Below are positions 41,086 through 50,639 of a stretch of 64,000 nt of DNA, in pieces (the first letter of the stretch is position 1; each line of letters opens with the position of its first letter). The stretch is from Ramazzottius varieornatus. Taxonomy: Eukaryota; Animalia; Tardigrada. Both the position numbers and the translations under genes were made by a program. The notes under the pieces were generated by a model that saw only the letters and a list, made by a program, of their open reading frames with translations, ran no database searches and was not told the origin of the DNA. The stretch is from NCBI GenBank assembly GCA_001949185.1, contig BDGG01000003.1, positions 1,338,725-1,402,724 of the forward strand, read 5' to 3'.

Positions 41086-42701
41086 CTTGTCGAGGTATGG
41101 GACAAGGCGATCTAAAAGGTTTTCCGTATACTTCTCCGAATCCTCATTACCGTCAACTCGAACCAGTGAAACGGGACCTCTTGCGGAGATAGCACCGCAA
41201 TACATGTAGCCGCCCTTTGTCAGTACTGAAGTGTCAGGTTGTAGATCTTTGTCAGTTCGCTTCTCTCCCGGAAAGTACCACATCCACGAGAAAGCATGGC
41301 TGGTCTTGAAGTGGGGATCAAATGCACCAGTTTACTTCCGGGATGCTTACCTCGAACCGACCACCTTGCAAATTAAACCCGGCCCTCGTCGGAGAAAATC
41401 ATGTTTTCGAATATGCCGAGGTAGACCTGAGGATGGTGTGGTTTCACCACACCACACCGAAAAAAACCACTCTTTTTGGTTTCGGTGTGCTTGAAACACC
41501 AAATCGGAAAATTGGTGTCCGAGTCGCACCGAATTTGCCGTTTCGGTGTCTAGGAACACCACATCACACCAAACCGAAAAACTTTTGGTGCACCAGATTT
41601 AATGAGCTAGTCAGCTAGCTTGGGCTAGATGAGTATCGCAAACTCGCTGTTTCGCCCGTGCTTGACTTTATGGCTGTTTGCGCTTCTTCGGACCCCTCTG
41701 AGCGATGGTTTTCGCGTGCTGGTAAGGTCGTTACCAAGCCTAGAAGTTCACTAGATAGTACGACCGTGCAAGTTTCGATGTGTTTGAAATCTTGGTAATT
41801 TTTTGAGTTTCCTACAGCGCAGTTCGATTTGTCGATGACGGATTAATAAATTGTAAATTCACTCTTTGAAACTTTTTTCGGTTTTTCGATTTGGTTTGGT
41901 GTGGTGCACCGAAAGAGTGGTGTCCGATCCACACCACACCGGAAAAAGTGGTGTGGCTTTCGCACCGAAAAACCAGTTTCGGTGTGGAGAAGCACCGAAC
42001 CGAGAAACACCACACCACACTTAATCACACTTTTCTCAGGTCTATGCCGGGGTTTTCAGCGTACTGTTCCAGATACGACAGACACCAGTTTACTCGATTT
42101 TCCATATGGGAGTGATTTGGTCCGTTCAGGATAGCTTTCGATCACCGGACATGATTTCCGCGGAGTCGACGAAGTACGGTTCGGTGATGTACTTCAACCT
42201 CTGCCGAAATTTTCACACCGCTCAGCTCGTGATTGGCTCTGAAGAAGCTCAGGATATCCTGGTCTTGCTCTGGAGATGTAATCCTAGGACTTCCTCTCGG
42301 TTTCTTCACCTCCCTCTGGTTGATTTTCGGATCGTGGTCGCGCAGCACATCACACCCCCACGAGTAACTCTTTTTTGATTCTTCTTGCAACACTGGCTTT
42401 CTTGAAGTTCTCTCTATAATAACTAAACGCTAATGCCACCATATCTGGATCAATAGGCTTTCCGGGTGTGATCGTGGATCTGTACCTCAGCTACGGTTCT
42501 GTAGAAGTCTAACTCTCAAGGAACGAACTGCAAATGGACTGTCCATCTGTTTACATTCAAATCAAGCAGTATTCGATGGCTCAATGTTGCCTAGACCACG
42601 CCTATCCACCTGTATACTTCATACTGACGTCAGAAGTGGGGAGTTTGGGCAAGCCCTGGGGGAGTTCCAATACGGCATTCTAAGAGTAGGAAGGGTACCG
42701 T
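41086..42701 (-). mobile_element. Tc1-like transposase pseudogene, interrupted by later insertions
   Basis: PRGSPRITSPEQD...HRTVLRRL (HTH region); ENRVNWC; GGYMYCGAISARGPVSLVRVDGNEDSEKYTENLLDRLVPY (Tc1 DDE region). Putative terminus ...GGGTACCGTA near 42701. Confidence 0.8.
41422..42044 (+). mobile_element. Non-autonomous hAT element retaining a hAT C-terminal dimerisation-domain remnant
   Basis: TIR TAGACCTGAG; 8-bp TSD TGCCGAGG/TGCCGGGG; CACAC/GGTGT subterminal repeats; 41670-41797 encodes AVCASSDPSERWFSRAGKVVTKPRSSLDSTTVQVSMCLKSW. Confidence 0.9.
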
Positions 42702-42944
42702 AAATCACCCCGGGATTTCCCGCGAAAACCTAGATGTGTCGTCATTGTGGTGCCAGAAACGTCGCATGTTAAGATTACACGGGGAAGTCTGTTAGCGTGG
42801 CCGGCACTGCCTATAGCTAAACGGGGTTTCAGGGGTTGCATATAGCATCACCCTTTTCATAATGAAGATGGAATGACCATGGAGTGAGATACGGAATTCG
42901 ATAATGGGGGCCTTGGAATGAACGACAGGTGCATGTACGATAGA

Positions 42945-42992
42945 TGTGTCTTTCTTGATTCAAGGCGCCTGCCTTGAATCAAGAAAGACACA
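42945..42992. repeat. Perfect 22-bp inverted repeat with 4-nt loop
   Basis: TGTGTCTTTCTTGATTCAAGGC-GCCT-GCCTTGAATCAAGAAAGACACA. Confidence 0.95.
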
Positions 42993-43524
42993 AGAGATAT
43001 CTTGTTGAAGCCGGGGGTACTGTCGGCTCTTTGAGAACTACTAATATAATGTACCTAAGTTTCCGTGAAAACTCTTTTTTAGGGAAAAATTCTGAAATGG
43101 TCACCTTCGCGAACACTGTTTTCTGTTTTGGACGAACGATTGTAGTAATCCACAGAAACAATTGTAGTATTCCTAAAAAATTGCTTGTTCACTGTGCGTA
43201 ACAGCCAGAAAATATGAAAAATTGAATAAGAATTCGCAGAAAATTTGGAATGAGGAAAAGCAAACAAAGCGCTCCGTCACCAATCCTATTGACATCAGTA
43301 CTATACGGTTGTAAATTCCTAATTTTTTGGTTGAGCCATCTCCGAGAACTTGTCCGGACAAAATGCCAAGATAATTTCGATTTTCGCACCAAGCTCGTAG
43401 GTACTGTAGGTTAAAAACAACAGAATAACTCTGAACCAATCGTGCAGACTTCGCAGAATAGTCACGCTTTACAGCAGTAAGAAGTCACCAGAAAAGTATC
43501 ACACTCTACGAGTGTGTGAAGTCT

Positions 43525-46324
43525 TCATTGGGCGATAATCGACTCGACGAAGTTGTGAAAGCTTCTGCAAAACGAATCTTAATTACAATAAGATATCAGG
43601 CGAATGCAAGCGCCGCTGTTCGCCTCCGAAGACCGAAGTCACTAAAATGTTCCCGTTTTAAACAACTTACTTTGCTCCAATAGGACTTCCCACTTCGTAG
43701 AACGGGTTCATGATCATGTTGCTGTACGCGAGGTGAAGTCGCTTGACTGTCTGCGAAGAAGGAAAAAGAGGAGTGAAAACACAGGCGAAACGGACCCCTA
43801 TCAAGAGCAGCGTATGACATCGTCGTGGCCCACCCGCGCGGCTTGGAAATTCAGTACTGTACACGCGCATGGCCTAATTGTGGGCATGCACAAAACTGTG
43901 GGCCACGGAGCGAAAGCGGAACGGGTCAGCTGAAGTCGATCAATCAACTGAATCAATCGGAACAGCACCGCTTTTGCAGCTTCGCTCCGTAGCCCACAGT
44001 TTTGTCCATGCCCACACTAGGATGATTGCTTTTTCTTGATCGATCAAAACGCACAGAAAACAGTTGCACGAAAATGGAAAAAAAATTCTGGATATCATCT
44101 TCCATGTTTGTCGCAAAAACGGCGTGCGGACGGTGATTTAGGACCTAGGAACAGGCCAGAGGAGGGCCGATGGTGGAGCTTTACGGTCCGCACGAGCAAA
44201 CAGCTGATACTGCGCAAGAAAGAATTCCCGTGCAAGGCGGAACCCCCAAGCGAGACCGTTTTGGAGGTCCCATCAAAATCTCAGAATTTTGCGGAAACGC
44301 ACAGCAATTCGAAATCGCACGGAAATGCAAAGTCGGCCCGCCCACGAGCCAATCAGGCGCGACCTTCTTCTATTTCCATTCTTGATTTTCGATTTCTGTG
44401 CGGACAGTTGAGCTGAGAAATTGCAATCAGCCTACTAATTAGTGATGTTCCAATATAGTAATATTGTAAGATAGTAAAGTAAGTGGGAGTACGAGNNNNN
44501 NNNNNNNNNNNNNNNNNNNNNNNNNNNNNNNNNNNNNNNNNNNNNGAGATATCCACCGAGTACTTACGCTGAAATATAACGTAAGGACCCGGTGGATATT
44601 TCCGTGCCGGGCACCTCGTAGATGCTTTCTGCACCTGCTATAGTATATCATATTATATTAGATGCTTTCGCGAGAAAAAGTTATTATATCTGGAACGTCT
44701 GATAATTTAGTAAAAGTAAGTGAGAACTCCACTGCATTAAAATAAAGTAGTACCGTAGTCTCTCCTTGAAGAACAGTGTGCATCACGCACCTAAGACCAT
44801 GAATTCCGCTTTTTACTGCTAGTTAAATGCTTGATTGAGTTATAATCCGTTTGCTGGTGCCCGTCGTGCGACCGCGCAGCCGCATCAACTACCACACGGT
44901 TTGCACGAAGAGAACCGTGAGGCGTGGCATAAATAGGACATGGGCAGGCGAGCTGAAAAGTCAGAACCAGATCGTTTTCCGAAGTGGCGCAAACTTCAGC
45001 CTAAATCAACAGCAAAACACGCCCGGTTTGAAACAACAATTTGGTCTGTTCGTTTTCCCACGGCACTAACGTGCGTTTGCCGCTGTTGATATTAACTTGG
45101 TTTCAATCAAATGCCACAAATTAGATATCAAAGTATTAAAATATATGTTTGAATGGAATTTTGAGAACATTTACTAGTTATTATTTACTACGTGACAGGA
45201 CGGTCTACTATATTTCGTGATAGAACTGAGCAAGGTCAAGAATATTTAGTGATACTTAGTACACCAGGTTTTTCCATACTAGAACATCGCTACTACACGT
45301 ACACGTGTACGGCGAGAAAGTTTGGAGCAGTGAAAAGTTTGGAACAGGCGATTCCGAAAATGCGGCACGGAGGTTTGTACGTACGTGTGCAATTCACACC
45401 AATACACTTTTTGACAATTTTCTACGGTTGAATTCTCAATACACACATTAAGTTGCCACCGCCAGATGAAAGTCCGACTGTAGCTAAAATGAGTTGCAAC
45501 GTCACTGATAAGCGAAGCAACTGATCAGAACTTTGAATAGTTGGGGAGCCACCATGCTTCTCAATGCTAGCTAACCGTAACTTCGATTACGCTATTTTTC
45601 GAAAATAAGGGGAGCTCCGGAAAGCGAAATGTTGTTATACGTCACGAAAGGGCGGAGCAGGCCGTAGCTACAGTTGCAAAGAGAACCGGGGTGGCAACTT
45701 AATCTCTGTAATTTGCCGTCTTTTCCGCCTGTTACAGAGTTACAAACGTTTTACTGCTCCGAACTTCCTCGCCGCACGTGTACTAAACTTTAATAGGTCA
45801 GGTGCGTGTACGTCAGGACTCCGGAGCGAGCGGACCGTTCAGCGTCACATTCCAATTTACATGAGATCACATTTTACATTACGGATGTCCGTTTCTTTGA
45901 GTGCCGTGTTGGTCGCGTCCACTATCAGGATCATTTTCACCTTCGTGTTCGTACAGTAGGCATATCTGTAACCGGAAAGCACTCTGTCTGATCATGGAGT
46001 TAAGGAAGATGCGCGAAGCTAATTACATTTTAACTTCGTCGGAGGAAGGGTATAAAAGTCCGAGGTACAAGTCCCGATGCTCTGCCCCGGAAATATTCAA
46101 TCCCGCTGTCTTTTGCGAAATCTGGGATTTCTCTTCGACAATGTCCAGGGCAGAATATAGCATGTAGTGGTAGTCGATGGGATTCTGAATGGAGGGACTG
46201 ATCTTGATGAGAAGAGGTTGATTCTGAAAATAAAGCTCCAGACGTCAAATGATCCTTCGTCGATGCAGCTCCGACACTCAAGCTTACTTACATCTGATCC
46301 CATCACTCCGATGCACAAAGCCAT
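43525..46324 (-). CDS. TRAPPC2L: Trafficking protein particle complex subunit 2-like, 5 exons
   Basis: MALCIGVMGSD | NQPLLIKIS...YHYMLYSALDIVEEK...RDLYLGLLYP | YAYCTNTKVKMILIVDATNTALKETDIRN | TVKRLHLAYSNMIMNPFYEVGSPIGAK | SFHNFVESIIAQ*. Intron 3 (~2.1 kb) contains a gap and several MITEs. Confidence 0.93.
43873..44021. mobile_element. Palindromic MITE in TRAPPC2L intron 3
   Basis: Arms GTGGGCATGSACAAAACTGTGGGCYACGGAGCGAA are inverted; CCTA..TAGG ends; central GATCAATCAA. Confidence 0.8.
44496..44545. other. Assembly gap (50 N)
   Basis: Run of N. Confidence 1.
44982..45029. repeat. GTGGCGCAC palindrome family core (48 bp, degenerate right arm), TRAPPC2L intron
   Basis: CCAGATCGTTTTCCGAAGTGGCGCA left arm. 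Confidence 0.7.
45299..45783. mobile_element. MITE (TIR GTACACGTG..CGGCGAGRAAGTTYGGAGCAGT) containing a nested MITE
   Basis: Inverted ~45-bp arms at 45299-45345 and 45742-45783. Confidence 0.8.
45448..45702. mobile_element. TTAA-flanked MITE nested in the previous one
   Basis: TTAA-GTTGCCACC...GGTGGCAAC-TTAA; second copy at 28623. Confidence 0.85.
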
Positions 46325-46675
46325 GATCCAATAATCGTCCTTCGATCGTCCAAAAGAACGCTTTCAGGTGAAGCTCCGGGTGGAGAGCACATACAAAGTA
46401 GAAATCGGGAGAATTTTTTAGTTTTAACCCTCTCTGTCTGTTTTAAGTTTTAACTTTCAAAAATGGGGATCAAGTCAATCAATAATCAAAGGCGGGTCCA
46501 CTCAACGGCGGCCCGAAGCCAGGCTTTAGCCAACCAGAGCGCTTACTAGGGGATTTTGCCATCGCTCCAGTCTTGTTTCACAAACCGAAACGGCAGAAAG
46601 GCAGAGGAGAGTTTTCTCTATCGACTGGGACAGACTAGACTGGCAGAAAAAAATCCTGGAAGACGCAGCAGAAAG

Positions 46676-46692
46676 CGGAAGTGACGTCAGAA
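46676..46692. promoter_or_regulatory. ETS-CRE composite-like motif upstream of TRAPPC2L
   Basis: CGGAAGTGACGTCAGAA lies ~350 bp upstream of the TRAPPC2L ATG, followed by a GGGCGG box. Function is inferred only. Confidence 0.35.
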
Positions 46693-48183
46693 TCTGGGCG
46701 GAACATGGGCATCAGCACAGTTCACTGTGGCATCAGTTAAGTGGTTTGACTATCTGCTGGTTGATTCGCTATTTGATTGATCTGTAATACTATAACAAAG
46801 TGTCTACTACTGCGCGCCTTCGGAGTGGAAAGTGTATGAGGATGGTTGGCTGCAGGTAGGTTAGGTTCGAGCAGGTGACGTCACAATCGGTAGACTTAGC
46901 GCTGTTCTCTCACCTCATGTGACGGCATGCTAGAAGCGTGTTTTTGCTGGCAAAATTTGTGTGGCCTCCAGAAATCCGGGTTACCTGGCCCCCGGAGATA
47001 GTGCGATACCAGTTGACTGACGGCTCTTTGATCGGTTGAACATTCAATCGAACTCCGAGCAGGGAACTGGAAGTTACTAGCGAAGACGAATGTCATATCG
47101 ATCACGTCATGAGTGACTTATTTGTCTGATAAACCTACGGAATGACGCATAGATCATGTGTTCAGCTGGAAAAAATTTTGGCATGGGCTGTGGTGAAAAG
47201 TTCGATAGCTCCATGCTACCTGATCGATTGGGACCATGGATTGCAACGGGAGGCGTACGACCAAATAACGCATAGGACCACATGACTCCGTACTACAGAA
47301 CAACGGTCACATGTTCCATCCCTCCACCGCCATCCACATCTTCTGCCGTTCATGTAGGTACGGGTCAACTGATTCCTAAACGGACGGCTTCATGTGCGCA
47401 CGCGATGAAAAATAGCCCAGCGCATGCAACGCACGATAGCTAGTGCGCTCTGTGCGAAATCTCGCTAATCAGCATACGAGACCCAATCTCGGTTCCTCTT
47501 CCACCTGAAAAGTCATCGGCACCCACAACGTGTTGTGGACCGACTTCGCTGCTCGTACTCCATACGCTCATACACTGTCTAACCCGTAGGAGTGACTCGT
47601 GTCCCACTGTGATTTCTTCCTGTCGACAGAAAAGTCAAAACAACATTCCTCTTTTTCCCTACTCTCTAGCTTTCGTCTGAGTAGTATCACTCATCCAGAT
47701 CTCATCACATTTTGTTAGCTGGAATGAACCAGATATGTCGGACATTGCTTCAAAAACATCATACCTGTAAGTACGCCCCGTTCCCGTTCTCCGTTTCAGA
47801 TGTTGTTTTTAGTGTATCTTGTACCGGTGTCCTTCCAGGACTCTCATTATTCCCTTCCCCGACGAAAGACTTGCCGCCATAGCCTACAGGACCCTGTCGG
47901 TCGATAAGGAGCCAACGCGAGGCGGGGTGAACAAGACACTTTCCGTCGATGGCAACGAACTGAAAGTGTGAGGGCTTCACTTCCGGTTGGGGTATATCTG
48001 TCTTCGAAGTTATCTATGTCCTTTTGAGTGATTTGTTCTTGCAGGGTTTTCGTAGCGGCAGACGTGAAGAATCTTCGGACAGCAGCCAATAAGTTTTTAG
48101 ATTACGCGAAACTGACGGTTGAGACGATTCAGATGTTTGGCTGAATATTTGTGAATGCTCACCGGAAGTCGCGTCTTTGAACA

Positions 48184-50360
48184 ATGTGTCAGGTCGACGA
48201 GGATGGTGTGGATCTTCTGGCTGCCGGAGATGGATCAGAAAAATCTTTGGCTGATCGTGTTTGTGTGAAATGTGGAGAGCAAGCTGTGATACACCTACGG
48301 GACGAGGACGTCAAGTGTGGGAAATGCCTCGTGGCTTCCGTCAACCAGAAATTCCGCGCTGTCCTGACCAAATTCCAACTGTCCCGCAGTAAACAAACAA
48401 TCTTGGTGGCGTTTTCTGGTGGACAAGTGTCTTGTGCCCTCCTGGAAGCCGTGCGCGAGGTACGAAGCAATCTCTTTCGCAGCCCAAACTTTTGCATTGA
48501 GAAAAAGCTTACCATAAAAAATTTTCCTGAATCTGCACCGTCTCTGCAGGCTACAACCATACCCAATTTCAGCAGACTCTACTCCGTTCTCTACATCGAA
48601 GGTACATGTACTTTTCATTGAGTTTTCCAGTCAGTGTTTCTGTGCTAATCTGTCGTTGTGGTTTTCAGAAGGCATTTGCGATGGACTGACCGAAGAAGCT
48701 TGTCAAAAGAAAATTCGTAACATCGTGGGAAAATGTCGCTATATTTTTCCCGAGGTCCCTGTACTGGTATCATCTCTGGAAATGGTGAGTACCTTTGGTC
48801 GGAAACGCTCAGTAGTACCGCAGCAAACTTGAATATTTGGGACAGGGGGAAAATGAGTGGAACCCAATTGTATCTCAAGCGACGCACATCTCATTACAAT
48901 TCGCCAGAATTGTGCGCCACTTAGTAAACAATCTGGCTCAAATCGTTGTCTAAGTCCCTTTCATGCTTCAGTAAGTCGATGTTTGTTCATTTTAGGTGTT
49001 CGCTGAGGATTCAATACCATTGTCGTACATCTTTCCTGCGAATTCAACAGACACGGCTCCGCTGACCGGTTTAACGGAGTTCGGAGCGAGGTTCAAGAAG
49101 CTTCTGGCCTCCACCAAGTCTCCCACCGCAAGAGAAGAACTTCGAAAGCTTCTCCGGAATAACCTATTTCGAAGAATAGGCCATCAGCAAGGTCTCAAGA
49201 CGCTCTTCGTGGGTGACTGTGCGGATCGTCTGGCCGTCCAGCTCATCACTGACACGGCGCTGGGCAGAGGAAAGCACCTTCCTCTGGAGCTGGGCTACGC
49301 TGACACCCGAGACCCTGACTTCACGATCGTCAGACCTTTCAAGGACGTCACCATGAAAGAAATATTGATGTACAACTCTCTCCGTCTGAACGAGAACATA
49401 GGTAAGCTTCCACTGAGACATTATTCTTTTCGAAGAAATTGCACGTCGAAAACAGAATTTGGCAAGGTTGCAAGCGTGCGCCACATGGAAACTCGACGCG
49501 TTCGTTGTCTCGGGTGGTGCTCGTTTTGATTGTATTTGGCTGCGAGCGTGCGCCACTGGAAGGAACGATGTTGATCGTTTTGTTTGACGGCGTCCTAAGT
49601 TGCTTTTTCGGAGGTTCGCATGCTGAAGAACCCAGTTCAGCAAAGAAAATGAACTCGGTGTATTCTTTCACCGAGACCTTCATCAACAGTCTGCAGAAGG
49701 ACTTCACGCAGACGGTGACGACGTTGTGTAGGACTGGTGACAAACTGTGCGCCACTTCGACAGGGCAGCCTCCCGCGAAGCATTCGATAGAGAAGTCTTC
49801 CGGCAAACTATGCTCTTTCTGTTGTGTAAGAAGAAAGGATGTTTTCTCTCTTTTGTTTCTGGTTTTGGTCAGTCATCGGTCGGGCTAGTTTACGTCGTAT
49901 CGTGATTTTAGGGACCGATGGATACTTCGGAGGAAGATGCCTGCACAGCCGAGAACTCCATCGCCTTGTCGCTTCGTCTTTCCGCTGCTTTGCCGAACAA
50001 GACGGTGAAGGCTTCAGTCGATCTTGAAGACTTCGCCTCTTCGAAGCACAGCGAGTGTGGGTCGGCGAACGGTGACTGTGCTAAGGCGAACGGCGAAGGA
50101 TGCTGTACTAGCAAAGAGCGGAAGACGCCGGAAAAGCTACTGTGTTACTCTTGCCGGTGGATGCTTAGCGAAGTGGTAGGTCCACCCAATCCTTTCTTCC
50201 TTTGTTCATCGTAACTGTCCTGGTAACGAGCACTTCTATTGTTGCGCAGGGTGATCAGGGTCTTCTACCTGAACGTTTGATGCAAGTAAATTCACAGCAG
50301 GTTCGTCGAGCTGAGATGCGCACCAGCATCCAGAACTTCCTTCTTGACGACGATGTCTAA
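48184..50360 (+). CDS. CTU2: Cytoplasmic tRNA 2-thiolation protein 2 (Ncs2), multi-exon
   Basis: MCQVDED start; CxxC...CxxC N-terminus; ILVAFSGGQVSCALL; GDCADRLAVQLITDTALGRG; VRPFKDVTMKEI; TLCRTGDKL; LCYSCR; C-terminus EMRTSIQNFLLDDDV*. Confidence 0.94.
48877..48922. repeat. GTGGCGCAC palindrome family core (46 bp), CTU2 intron
   Basis: AAGCGACGCAC...GTGCGCCACTT followed by AAACAATCTGG. Confidence 0.8.
49512..49558. repeat. GTGGCGCAC palindrome family core (47 bp), CTU2 intron; second degenerate copy just upstream
   Basis: GGGTGGTGCTC...GTGCGCCACTG; also GTGCGCCACAT at ~49476. Confidence 0.75.
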
Positions 50361-50639
50361 TGATGACTGTAATTCTGAGATACATGAAAATGCCTGTTTC
50401 TGGAGTTTCCACAATTTTTACGTGTTGGGAGGAGTAGAAAATGTGAGAAGTAGGGAGTATTTAAACCGACGAGACAATAAAAGAGACCAGCAAGAAAAGA
50501 CAGGTTTTGAAGTGAGCTTGCATTGACTGTCCGTAAGTTAATTGGGAATGACAGATGTTTTCAAAGGAGCACTTGAAAGAAACGAGATTACGGCTTTTAA
50601 CTTTTCTTCCTTTTTCTGGATTCTGCTATCCATCACGAG

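Noticed and set aside
43596-43643. Alternative last TRAPPC2L exon DFGLRRRTAALAFA
   Set aside because: It needs an intron under 30 nt. The acceptor at ~43565 gives a better family match (SFHNFVESII).
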